Part shown: positions 49,372 to 58,688 of the stretch, piece after piece
Position numbering within the stretch: position 1 is the first letter of the stretch
Layout: every line of letters begins with the position of its first letter
Assembly (NCBI GenBank): GCA_040752695.1
Contig: JBFMGO010000013.1
Span: forward strand, 1 to 64,000
Length of the DNA stretch: 64,000 nt
Source of the DNA: a bacterium
GTDB taxonomy: Bacteria; SZUA-182; DTGQ01
Direction: 5' to 3'
Translations under genes and position numbers: made by a program
Notes under the pieces: generated by a model
The model's database searches: none
What the model was told of the DNA's origin: nothing
Seen by the model: only the letters and a program-made list of their open reading frames with translations

Positions 49372-50082
49372 CTAGGAAAGATTCCTTACGGAAAGTGAGT
49401 CTTTGAGGATATATCCTCTTCCCCTTATGGTATGGATCAGGCTCTTTTTTCGTCCCTGGTCGATCTTTTTGCGCAGGAAATTAATATAGACATCGATGAC
49501 ATTGGTTCCTGAATCAAAATTCATATCCCAGACATGCTCGGAAATCATGGTCCTGGTAACGAGCTTCCCCGCATTGCGCATGAGGTATTCAAGGAGAGCG
49601 AATTCCTTGGCAGTCAAAATGATTTCCTCATCGCACCTGACAACCTGATGGGTAAGTAAATCAATAACGAGATCTCCCGCTTGAAGCTTCGTGGCTGTCT
49701 GACCATTCTTTTTTCTCAAGGCAGCCCGTATTCTGGCCAGGAATTCCGCAAAGGCAAAAGGTTTGGTTAAATAATCATCCGCGCCGGAATCCAGACCCCT
49801 GACCTTATCTTCGGTTTTATCTTTGGCCGTAAGTATGATAATCGGCGTGATCTGCCCATCTTCCTCCCTCAGTTTCCTGCACAGCGTCAATCCGTCAACT
49901 TTGGGCAGCATCAAATCCAGAACGATCAGGTCATACTCGTTGGTAGTAGCCAGGAAATGGCCCTCTTCGCCGTCATAAGCAATATCTATGGAATATCCTT
50001 CCTCCTGCAGGCCCCGTTTTATAAAACGTGCTATCTTCTTCTCATCTTCTATAACAAGGATGCGCATACTGAGACCTTTCAT
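49372..50082 (-). CDS. OmpR-family response regulator (CusR/CzcR-like), no adjacent kinase
   Basis: MRILVIEDE, LDLMLP, GADDYLTKPF, LTAKEF-x-LLEYL, NVIDVYI-x-x-LRKKI, TIRGRGY. Probable start 50067. Confidence 0.95.
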   Translation of the reverse strand: MKGLSMRILVIEDEKKIARFIKRGLQEEGYSIDIAYDGEEGHFLATTNEYDLIVLDLMLPKVDGLTLCRKLREEDGQITPIIILTAKDKTEDKVRGLDSGADDYLTKPFAFAEFLARIRAALRKKNGQTATKLQAGDLVIDLLTHQVVRCDEEIILTAKEFALLEYLMRNAGKLVTRTMISEHVWDMNFDSGTNVIDVYINFLRKKIDQGRKKSLIHTIRGRGYILKDSLSVRNLS

Positions 50083-50244
50083 AATAATTATCTTTCCGTA
50101 ACGTGAGGATGACTCAAGGAGTCGAGCGGGGCCATCCAGGTCAGGCGGTCCTCCAGATCAGGCGGCTTTTCCAAGGTCAGGCAGCTTTCCATACCGTTCG
50201 GATAACCATTTCTCTATCCTGGATATGTCTTGAGTATGCCCTGC

Positions 50245-51015
50245 TCATTCCTCAGGCACATGACCAAAGCCCAGCAATTTATCCATCCTGCTGAAAACAT
50301 ATGAGAACCCTTGGACCCGTGGACTTCTGTTTCCCTCGATAGTGTAAAGCATACCATCTTTCAACTGATGAATCAGCCCCACGTGCCCCTGCCATCCATC
50401 CATTCTTACCCGCCACCAGAAAACCAGATCGCCCGGCCTGGGCAAATAGCCATTCTTGGCCACACAGGCCCAGCCTTTATTCTTGAATTTCCTTAAAAGG
50501 TCTCTTGCACCAGGCGAGTAGGGGAATGGCATCTGGTTCTTTTCTTCTCCGCACGCATGGAAAAAGCACCAGCTTACAAATGATGCACACCAGGAGTTTC
50601 CCTCACCAAGGCCACAAGGCTCTAAATATTTGTGCACCCATGGACCCAGATTGTCCCCGCCAACCTCACAAGCTCCGCATTTCAGTTCCCCGATGGCTGT
50701 AGACAGGGCTGCCCGGCCCAGCCTGCTTCCTCCCATCTCTTCAGGTGGCATCTTTCGATAGTCGATGGCGCACGGTATCTCTATCGTCGGTTTTGGATGA
50801 GTCAGGCTCCACCAGGTCAAAGGCCCTGCCTGACCGTCCACCTCAAGAGGCTGACCGTGCTGATCGAGGTTCTGCGCTTGAAAAGCCCGGACTGCCTGGT
50901 ATGTCTTTATCCCAAAAATACCATCGACCCTGATAGAATAACCCCGCTTGACCAGGAGATTCTGAAGTTCCAGAACTTCTGGCCCTTGTGCTCCTTTTTT
51001 AAGCGATTTAAACAT
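50245..51015 (-). CDS. Peptidoglycan-binding domain + CHAP amidase protein
   Basis: LKKG-x-x-G-x-x-V-x-x-LQ...DGIFG-x-x-T...FQ...DG-x-AGPLTW; WCASFVSW, PGDLVF, GHVG, TIEGN. Confidence 0.9.
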   Translation of the reverse strand: MFKSLKKGAQGPEVLELQNLLVKRGYSIRVDGIFGIKTYQAVRAFQAQNLDQHGQPLEVDGQAGPLTWWSLTHPKPTIEIPCAIDYRKMPPEEMGGSRLGRAALSTAIGELKCGACEVGGDNLGPWVHKYLEPCGLGEGNSWCASFVSWCFFHACGEEKNQMPFPYSPGARDLLRKFKNKGWACVAKNGYLPRPGDLVFWWRVRMDGWQGHVGLIHQLKDGMLYTIEGNRSPRVQGFSYVFSRMDKLLGFGHVPEE

Positions 51016-51261
51016 ACATAGCTCTCCTTTATCGTATACTCATAAGGATGTCAAATTCTCGGACAGCTCCCTTGTACCTTGGATATAGGCATCAGGGTAA
51101 ATATACGTATAAGTGTGAATATAGCCAATCAGTATATAAACCTTTTCTATGATAAAAGTGTACTAGACTTAAGTAAACCGTGTCAAATGGAAAAAGAGAT
51201 TACAGTAAAAAAATTGCGGTAAATTATGAGTAAAAGAGCTATGGCATATGATTCTTCAGTG

Positions 51262-51834
51262 CTATCCTGAATTGGTCGGCCCAGGCTGACTGGTTAACTC
51301 ATCAGCCAGTATCCTGGCAAGCTCATTCCGGTTGGCTTCAGTCACCTGCACAAGGGTCACATCTTTACGGTTTTTTACTACATCGATGAATCCTGCACCT
51401 TTCAAGGCAATGGTGGCCATCACCCTTTTATTGGAGTCCAGCGCCTCAATTACTTTTTGCTTAAAATTTTGTGAAAAACATTCCATCTTGCCAATTTCAT
51501 CAATCACGATTATGGATACCTCTGGCTGGCTGCCGCTCATAGATGGAATGGCCACCCGCTCAAATTCTCCCAGATCGATCCCATATCTTCCTACCCGATA
51601 AGGGGATTTTATCTCGACGTGGGATAATACAGCCTCATCACCAGAGAGTGTCTTAATCTTAAATCCCTTTCTCCATCCACCCTCCCTGATTTCCTCGGTG
51701 TAAAAGCCGGTGATGCTTCTTTTCCGTGTCTCGATGCCCTTTGTTTGGGCCACAAGATTAAGAACTTTATGAATCAGCGTCGTTTTTCCGATACCGGGAA
51801 GCCCGGTCAGGAGGATATTCTTTCGGTAGTGCAT
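51262..51834 (-). CDS. NTPase, THEP1/DUF265 family
   Basis: TGLPGIGKTT, GFYTEEIRE-x-G-x-R-x-GF, RVGRY, VIDEIGKME. Confidence 0.93.
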   Translation of the reverse strand: MHYRKNILLTGLPGIGKTTLIHKVLNLVAQTKGIETRKRSITGFYTEEIREGGWRKGFKIKTLSGDEAVLSHVEIKSPYRVGRYGIDLGEFERVAIPSMSGSQPEVSIIVIDEIGKMECFSQNFKQKVIEALDSNKRVMATIALKGAGFIDVVKNRKDVTLVQVTEANRNELARILADELTSQPGPTNSG

Positions 51835-51855
51835 GGCCCTGACCTCGTATCGTAT

Positions 51856-52926
51856 TTACGAGTACCTTTCGATAATGCCCCTTAAAAGATCGACCGTTGC
51901 CTTAAGATCATCAAGCGAGACGGTTTCAACCATGGCGTGAGTGTACCGGCAGGGAATGCAGACAGGAAGAGTCGGGATTCCTCCTCCGGCCAACTGGACT
52001 GCAGCCGCATCTGTCGTTCCTCCGACCACGCCCAGTTGAAAGGGAATGTTCTGTTCCTGCGCCAGTCCTTCAACAAAGCTCCGCAGGCCCTGATGGGCAA
52101 TCATGCGGCCATCGACAAGCCTCAGCAACGGCCCTTTGCCCAGTTGAAACTGACCTTTGAAAATCTCGGGTACGCCGGGAAAATCAGGTGCGCTGGCTGT
52201 GTCGATAATAAATGCACCATCCGGCCTTGCCCGATAACCGGCTGTTGATGCTCCGTGTAAACCGTATTCTTCCTGAGTAGTGAAGATAAAGCTGATCCGG
52301 TGCTCAGAGGCAACTTCCTTCGTGCTCTGGATTAAGGCGACCAGGGCTGCGCATCCTGCCCGGTTGTCGATCCCCCGTGAAGCCATGAGGTTATTGGCCA
52401 GTCTGGATATCTGTTTCGAAAAAACGATCGGATCGCCGATCCTCACTCCCATGGCAGTGACCTCTTCAGCATTGCGGGCTCCGAGATCAATGACCAGCTC
52501 ATGCCAGGCTGCCACCTTGTCCAGGCTCTTTTGGCCGTCGAGAGCCATATGCGGTGGAATCCAGGCAACAACACCTGGAATTTCCGCCCCCTGGGCGGTA
52601 AACAGCTTTACATGCCTCGAGGGAAGAACGCGATCGTCCAGACCACCCATCTTTTTGAAACGAATAAATCCATCCGATGTGATATTCGTCACTACCAGCC
52701 CAAGCTCATCCATATGGGCAAAAAAGGCTATATGGCGTTTCCCGTCCCCCTCTCTCAAGCCGGTAAGATTGCCAAGCGCGTCCACTTCCACCCGATCGAC
52801 ACAACCTTCGATCAACTCCTTTATCCTTTTCCTGACCGGGTCCTCATACCCGATAACACCAGGCACCATGATGAGTTCTTCAAGCAGTTTGTCGATTTCC
52901 AAAAGGTTATCGATTTCCATAGGCAC
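51856..52926 (-). CDS. M42 family metallo-aminopeptidase (TET-like)
   Basis: D-x-LGN, AHMDELG, DNRAG, QEEYG, LGKGP, GTTDA, PCRYTH. Confidence 0.93.
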   Translation of the reverse strand: MPMEIDNLLEIDKLLEELIMVPGVIGYEDPVRKRIKELIEGCVDRVEVDALGNLTGLREGDGKRHIAFFAHMDELGLVVTNITSDGFIRFKKMGGLDDRVLPSRHVKLFTAQGAEIPGVVAWIPPHMALDGQKSLDKVAAWHELVIDLGARNAEEVTAMGVRIGDPIVFSKQISRLANNLMASRGIDNRAGCAALVALIQSTKEVASEHRISFIFTTQEEYGLHGASTAGYRARPDGAFIIDTASAPDFPGVPEIFKGQFQLGKGPLLRLVDGRMIAHQGLRSFVEGLAQEQNIPFQLGVVGGTTDAAAVQLAGGGIPTLPVCIPCRYTHAMVETVSLDDLKATVDLLRGIIERYS

Positions 52927-53357
52927 TCTCTCCTTTCATGGTATCTTCCTTCCTTGCAAGGAAGGGAGATACTTTTTCTTTACCAGATCGGTATTGCCGA
53001 TTTGGCAAAGCTACGTGACGGTATCAAGAGAAATTTGACTCTCCCCCTTTTCTCAAGGTATTATTGAGGCGCTATCGATATGCTGAGATTCTATGAAGGA
53101 GCAGGGTTTTTGAAGGCACATTATTATCCAGGCAAATCGTCTTTCAGGTAAACCATCTTCGCCGGCAAACCGTTTTTAGCTGGCAAATCAAGACCAGCGA
53201 TATTTTACCATAAAGATACGATAAATTTAGTAGCTTTATCAAGCTCAGGCGAAAAAATTTCTCCGGACAGCCTTCTGGCCACACAGTATATATTGCCTTA
53301 ACCTCTCTGGCATAGAACCATAGAGCTGAAAGCCGGAAAAGAGGGAGACGGAAGACG

Positions 53358-54302
53358 ATGCATGAGGAAAGCTCAGGAAATCACATGGATTGCGTTATCG
53401 AGGCAGAAAATTTGAGAAAGGCATTCGACGGTTTTATAGCGGTCGATGGCATATCCTTTCAGGTAAATGCCGGCGAGTGTTTTGGCATCCTCGGCCCCAA
53501 CGGTGCAGGGAAGACATCCACTATTCGTATGACCTATGGCTTTTCCCCCATATCCAGTGGCAAACTCAAGGTTTTCGGCCTCGATATAACCAAAAGGTGG
53601 CGTGAGATCAGGGCCCGTATCGGCGTCTGCCAGCAGGAGGACAGTCTTGATACGGATTTAAGTGTACGGGCAAATCTGGAAACCTTCGCCCGCTACTTCA
53701 ATATTGCAAGGAAAGACGCCCAGGCCAGGGCCCAGAGTCTCCTTGAGTTTATTGCTCTTGATCATCGCAGGGATGACGATGTAATGGAACTCTCGGGTGG
53801 AATGAAGCGAAGGCTTATGCTGGCCCGCGCCCTTATGAACGATCCGGATCTTTTAATTCTTGACGAGCCTACCACCGGCCTTGATCCCCAGTCCCGGCAC
53901 CAGGTTTGGGCGCGTCTGGAAGAGCTCAGGTCAAAAGGTCTTTCCGTCCTTTTGACCACCCATTATATGGATGAGGCATCTCGCCTGTGCGATCGGCTGA
54001 TTATCATGGACCACGGCCGTATCCTGGTTCAAGGCAATCCTGCAGATCTCATTCGTGCGCAGGTAGGTCATTACATTATCGAAATTGACAGCCCCAGTCC
54101 GGAATTGCGAGACTACATTCAAACTCAGCATCTGGAGTACGAGGATCTGGGCCATCGCCTGATCGTCTATAGCCAGGATCAGGATGACGGCAAGCTGTTC
54201 CATGCGATATGTGACCATTTCGCCCAGGAGAGTTGCATCCTGCGTATGACAACTTTGGAAGATCTTTTTCTCAAATTAACCGGCAGGGAACTGAGAGAAT
54301 AA
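53358..54302 (+). CDS. ABC exporter ATP-binding protein (NodI-like)
   Basis: GPNGAGKT, LSGGMKRRL, ILDEPTTGLDPQ, TTHYMDEA, TLEDLFLKLTGRELRE. Confidence 0.95.
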   Translation: MHEESSGNHMDCVIEAENLRKAFDGFIAVDGISFQVNAGECFGILGPNGAGKTSTIRMTYGFSPISSGKLKVFGLDITKRWREIRARIGVCQQEDSLDTDLSVRANLETFARYFNIARKDAQARAQSLLEFIALDHRRDDDVMELSGGMKRRLMLARALMNDPDLLILDEPTTGLDPQSRHQVWARLEELRSKGLSVLLTTHYMDEASRLCDRLIIMDHGRILVQGNPADLIRAQVGHYIIEIDSPSPELRDYIQTQHLEYEDLGHRLIVYSQDQDDGKLFHAICDHFAQESCILRMTTLEDLFLKLTGRELRE

Positions 54303-54448
54303 AATGCCCAATGGGACTGGAAGGCCAAGAGGAAATAAAATCCACACAAAGGATGAAATCCAGAAAGTGAATGAAACAGAGGGAATGAAACAGACATAAG
54401 GAATGAAACGCGGGATATGGAGCAATGTAAGAATATGAAGCATCTGAT

Positions 54449-55243
54449 ATGAAATATAAGACACCTCATTTCAATATCTCCAGACGGTTTATACGGATTT
54501 GGCAGCGAAACTGGACTGTCTATCAAAGAACCTGGAAGGTCAGCTTTCTCCCTCCTCTTCTGGAGCCGCTTTTTTATCTGATGGCCTTTGGGGTCGGATT
54601 GAGTTCCCTGGTTGGCGAGATCCCTTACCACGGCTTGCATGTTTCGTATATGAGGTTTATCGCCCCTGCCCTGCTCGCGGTCAATATTATGTATAATGCC
54701 TTCTTTGAGAACACCTACACCTCTTTCGTGAGGATGTACTATCAGAAAACCTTCGACGCCATGCTGGCCACACCTCTTTCCCTCGAGGAGATCATTACCG
54801 GAGAAATCATGTGGGGTGCGACAAAATCGGTCATGGCTACGGTGATTATGCAGGGGGTAATCAGCCTGTTTGGCCTAATCCGCTACCCGCAGGGCCTTCT
54901 CATTCTCCCCCTGGCTTTTTTCGGTGGATTTGCGTTCGGATCTCTTGGCATGTTCATAACCAGCATCATGCCTAACATTGAACTATTCAACATCCCCGTA
55001 TTCCTGCTTATTACTCCTATGTTTCTTTTCAGCGATACCTTTTTTCCGATTGAAAATTTACCCTCCTGGGCACAAAAGCTCTCCCTCCTGTTTCCCTTGA
55101 CCCATCTGGTCAGACCTGTCAGGGCTTTCAGCTTTGCGTTTGCAGATGCCAGCCTGCTCTGGAATATTGCTTACCTTGCGGCTTTCTCGCTTATTTTCTT
55201 CCCCCTGGCCCTGGCTAAGATGCATCGGCGGCTGATCAAATAA
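54449..55243 (+). CDS. ABC-2 type permease (NodJ-like)
   Basis: EPLFYL, Y-x-x-FIAP, RMYYQKTFDAMLATPL, GEI-x-W, TPMFLFS-x-TFFP, PLTH. Confidence 0.93.
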   Translation: MKYKTPHFNISRRFIRIWQRNWTVYQRTWKVSFLPPLLEPLFYLMAFGVGLSSLVGEIPYHGLHVSYMRFIAPALLAVNIMYNAFFENTYTSFVRMYYQKTFDAMLATPLSLEEIITGEIMWGATKSVMATVIMQGVISLFGLIRYPQGLLILPLAFFGGFAFGSLGMFITSIMPNIELFNIPVFLLITPMFLFSDTFFPIENLPSWAQKLSLLFPLTHLVRPVRAFSFAFADASLLWNIAYLAAFSLIFFPLALAKMHRRLIK

Positions 55244-55436
55244 CGATGGATGCTGATTGGTAGCCGGTACCGCTCATGCCTGGTGCTGATTGATAGCTGG
55301 TGCTGCTAACGCCGGGTGCCGATCGGCGCATCCGGTATACCGGCTGGAATGGTGGATATGGGATGATGAAGGCCTAATGCGGCAAACAGGTGTAAAAAGA
55401 ACCTGGAGGGGAGATTTTTTAACCTTCCGGCAATTC

Positions 55437-55967
55437 TCAATGGCTTTTTTCCTTAAGATACGTGGGGGCTTTTTCCGGGGTTTTCCCTTTTAAGTGTTCC
55501 TGGTAAAAGGCATAGGTAAGCGGTCTTCCCTCTTTCAGGATCTGCGTATTGATTACTTCTCCGATAAACAGAGTGTGAGAGCCTACATCAACCTGCTGAG
55601 TAACCCTTGTTTCCATGACCGCGAGTGAATTCTCGGTAACCAGAGGACAACCCGTAATTCCCTTTTTGAAGGCAACGCGGGATAATTTATCAATGTCCCG
55701 GCCGGACCTGAATCCAAAGAGCCCTATAAAGGTCATCGGTGTAGATTCATCCAGAATAGAGAGGGCAAATTCATGGCTATGCATGATATATTCATGGGTG
55801 AGCTCGCTTTTATGAATACTGATTCCAATGGCCACCGGCTGCCGAGCAACCTGGGCAGCGGCATCACAGATCTGGCCGTTCAATTTATCGCCAAAATGTG
55901 AGGTAATAACATAAAGCCCATAGGTCAATAACTTAAGTACTCTGAGATCCAGATTCTTTTCGTTCAT
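55437..55967 (-). CDS. Flavin reductase-like (FMN-binding split barrel) protein
   Basis: LTYGLYVIT, NGQI, FGFRSGRDIDK, GSHTLFIGEV, PLTYA-x-Y, KG-x-x-P-x-x-APTY. Confidence 0.9.
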   Translation of the reverse strand: MNEKNLDLRVLKLLTYGLYVITSHFGDKLNGQICDAAAQVARQPVAIGISIHKSELTHEYIMHSHEFALSILDESTPMTFIGLFGFRSGRDIDKLSRVAFKKGITGCPLVTENSLAVMETRVTQQVDVGSHTLFIGEVINTQILKEGRPLTYAFYQEHLKGKTPEKAPTYLKEKSH

Positions 55968-56129
55968 CCACTGATACCTTATACCTCATCTGCTGGTGCA
56001 TTTTATACCATGAAGAAACCCTCTCCTTCATTCTCGGCATAAGGTAAAAAAGTTGCTACCTAGAGCCTGTTCTTTAGCCTGTTTTAGCCTGTTCTTTAGC
56101 CTGCTCCCGGAACTTACCCTGGTTTTTTC

Positions 56130-56555
56130 CTAGTGCCTTTCCAGCCAAGTCTTGATGGCCTGATCCATCTGATCACGAATCTGGCGAAATTTCATCAATC
56201 TTTCCCCAGCCGATCCCTCACAGGCTGCCGGATCCTCAAATGGCCAATGGAGCCTGTGATTGGCGGCAGGGAAAGCGGCGGGGCATTTCTCTTCAGCATC
56301 ACCGCATACGGTAATAAGATATTCAAAATGTACTTTGTCCATGTATTCCTGAACACTTTTGGAATACTGACCACTCAGGTCGAGGCCGATCTCTGCCATT
56401 ACCTGTCTGGTGCAGGGATTGATGCCTTTTGGTTCGGTACCTGCGCTATATACCTCAAACCGGTCACCGGCATACTTCCTGAATAAAGCCTCAGCCATCT
56501 GGCTGCGGGCCGAGTTACCAGTGCATAAGAAAAGGACTTTTATCTTCTCCATCAT
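56130..56555 (-). CDS. arsC: Thioredoxin-type arsenate reductase (LMW-PTP fold)
   Basis: LFLCTGNSARSQMAE, SAGT, TVC-x5-CP resolving cysteines, HWPFEDP. Confidence 0.9.
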   Translation of the reverse strand: MMEKIKVLFLCTGNSARSQMAEALFRKYAGDRFEVYSAGTEPKGINPCTRQVMAEIGLDLSGQYSKSVQEYMDKVHFEYLITVCGDAEEKCPAAFPAANHRLHWPFEDPAACEGSAGERLMKFRQIRDQMDQAIKTWLERH

Positions 56556-57215
56556 CAGCCTCCCATAAAAATTACAATATTACTACTCCTAACGGCCTTG
56601 ATCCATTCAAAAGATAAACAGGGACATTGCACGGGGGGAGAGGGTAATGCCCTGGGTTCTTTCACCAGGGGGCGGGGTGCTCCCTGAAAAATGGGTCTTG
56701 AGGGGGCTGCGATGCGCCCCCTCCTTGCAGTTTTGGTTTTGTGACCCAATCTATCTGTTCTATCTTTTCTTTGCAAATATGAAGATCGGATTGGAATAAA
56801 ACCATAAGTCGGCATAAGTTTCTTCGGGTAGACGAAGCGAAGCTGCTGGATAATGGGATAGGAACAGTAAGCTAATGACTGCCATCGCCACATGGCAACA
56901 TGGCTGTCATCACCAGCAGTAACCCTGGTGACCTTATCCCCCAGAATAACCGGAACAGGGGTAAGAATGTCCCAATAGTAGTATCAGTAAAGTAAATGAT
57001 CAAGTCCTATTATAAAGATTGAATGTGAGACGAATCTTAAGGCTCTGTGAAATTTATATGAGCAAAGAGGAAGCCCCCGCTTCACATGGGGATGGGGCAG
57101 ACTTCCTCCTTCCAGGCAGGTTTTTGGTAATCTGCAAAGAACAAGTACACGCAGGGCGAGGCACAGGTATTTCACGAAAGAAACTGCTCAGCCTCATGAG
57201 CGGGGCACAGGTATT

Positions 57216-57539
57216 TCACGAAAGAAACTGCTCAAGCTCGTGAAAGGATGTTTTCAGCCTGGCCATATCTGCCTCAACAGCCTTTTTATCTTTATCATTC
57301 TTGCTGCCAAGCTCTATGGATCTGGCAATGTTTTGGATTTCCTCGATCCGGAAATTTCCCACCATGCCTCTCAGAGCGTGGGCGATCCTGGCTGCCTGAT
57401 CAAAATCATCCGCATGAATCGCCTCATCCAATTTCTCTATGAAATCTTTGGCCTGTATGATGAGCTCACCAAGGAGCTCGTGGTACGTTTCTTCATCGAT
57501 CCCAAGTTCCTCCCGGATTTTTTCCCTGTCCAGATACAT
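57216..57539 (-). CDS. Stand-alone Hpt phosphotransfer protein
   Basis: 107 aa helical protein with AHALRG-x-x-GN; SD GGAGG. Confidence 0.9.
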   Translation of the reverse strand: MYLDREKIREELGIDEETYHELLGELIIQAKDFIEKLDEAIHADDFDQAARIAHALRGMVGNFRIEEIQNIARSIELGSKNDKDKKAVEADMARLKTSFHELEQFLS

Positions 57540-57553
57540 CGTTTATCCCTCCG

Positions 57554-58588
57554 CTAATGCAATACAGGTTTACCCTTATAACTTATTGACTTGATGATAT
57601 TTTCGGCTTTTTCAACAGCAGCCTTCGGCAGTGGGGCGTACTTATTGGGTACAATGTATTCCTGTCCTTCGTGGGTCATCCACCATAACAGCTTTACGGT
57701 CCGCTCAGCCTGTTCCAGCGATCTTTTCTGATAATCCTGCTCCTTATACAGGAGTATCCAGGTGAAACTGCTGATCGGATATCCATCGGAAGCGTCGGTA
57801 TCAGTGATCGATACCCGCGTATCGTCCGGTATGCGTATATTCGCTGCCAGGCTCGTTGAATCAAGATTCGGCTTCACGAATATTCCGCTCCTGTTTTTGA
57901 CAGAACCTGCCGGCATACCATGTGAAAGGGCATAAACTATTTCAACATAGCCGATACTTCCTAAAAATTGCTTCAGCAAACCGGCAACCCCGCCGTTTCC
58001 TTTTGCTCCCAATCCAGTTGGCCAGTCAATGGATTTATCTCTTCCAATCTTTTCATTCCACTCATGATTTACCTTTGACAGGTAATCGGTAAGGATGAAG
58101 GTTGTCCCGCTTTCATCAGACCGGTGAACAACGACAATATTGAGGGCTGGAAGCTTCACGCCTGGATTTACGGCCTGTAGTTGGTCCCATCTGGTCACTT
58201 TACCGAGGAAAATATCTGAAAGCAGGTCGGGAGTGAATTTCAATTCAGGATTCCCCGGCAGGTTATGCGTTATGGATACCGCACCCAGGCATATAGGAAT
58301 GTGGAGGATCTCGTCAGGTATCATTTTCAGTTTTTCATCACTTAAAAAGGCGTCAGATGCTCCGAAATCCACGGTTTTTTCGAGAAGCCGCTTGAGACCA
58401 CCACCGGAGCCGATGGCCTGATAATTGACTTTGACCTTAAATTGCCGGTTATATTCATCGAACATCTTCGAATACAAAGGATAGGGGAAAGTCGCTCCTG
58501 CACCGGACAATTCCTGGCTCTGTGCTCTGGTAGAAGAATACCCGGATAGCAACAGCATGGTAAGAAAAATCAGGAACAATCTTTTCAT
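57554..58588 (-). CDS. pstS: Phosphate-binding protein PstS (no pstCAB in the window)
   Basis: GAGATFPYP, YQAIGSGGG, DFGASD, HRSD-x-SGTT, G-x-KGN-x-GVA, IGYVE, YPISSFTW; signal peptide from ATG 58588 (in-frame ATG also at 58654). Confidence 0.95.
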   Translation of the reverse strand: MKRLFLIFLTMLLLSGYSSTRAQSQELSGAGATFPYPLYSKMFDEYNRQFKVKVNYQAIGSGGGLKRLLEKTVDFGASDAFLSDEKLKMIPDEILHIPICLGAVSITHNLPGNPELKFTPDLLSDIFLGKVTRWDQLQAVNPGVKLPALNIVVVHRSDESGTTFILTDYLSKVNHEWNEKIGRDKSIDWPTGLGAKGNGGVAGLLKQFLGSIGYVEIVYALSHGMPAGSVKNRSGIFVKPNLDSTSLAANIRIPDDTRVSITDTDASDGYPISSFTWILLYKEQDYQKRSLEQAERTVKLLWWMTHEGQEYIVPNKYAPLPKAAVEKAENIIKSISYKGKPVLH

Positions 58589-58688
58589 TTTCCATCTCTT
58601 TTGTACACAACGGAATGAATGGTTATGAAAAAAAATATCAGGAACACTTTTCATCTTTCACCTCTCTTTGTACGTCTCTCTATACTCT

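Noticed and set aside
52280..53067. Long antisense ORFs (also 18737-19588, 37869-38696, 5687-6217, 35427-35942)
   Set aside because: They overlap well-supported genes on the other strand and have no recognisable motifs.
53358..55243. NodI/NodJ-like exporter as a nodulation locus
   Set aside because: No nodABC genes; this ABC-2 subfamily is widespread in non-symbionts.
56555..57215. Short ORFs and hairpins between arsC and the Hpt gene
   Set aside because: No family motifs, no ArsR-like sequence and no RNA family I can support.
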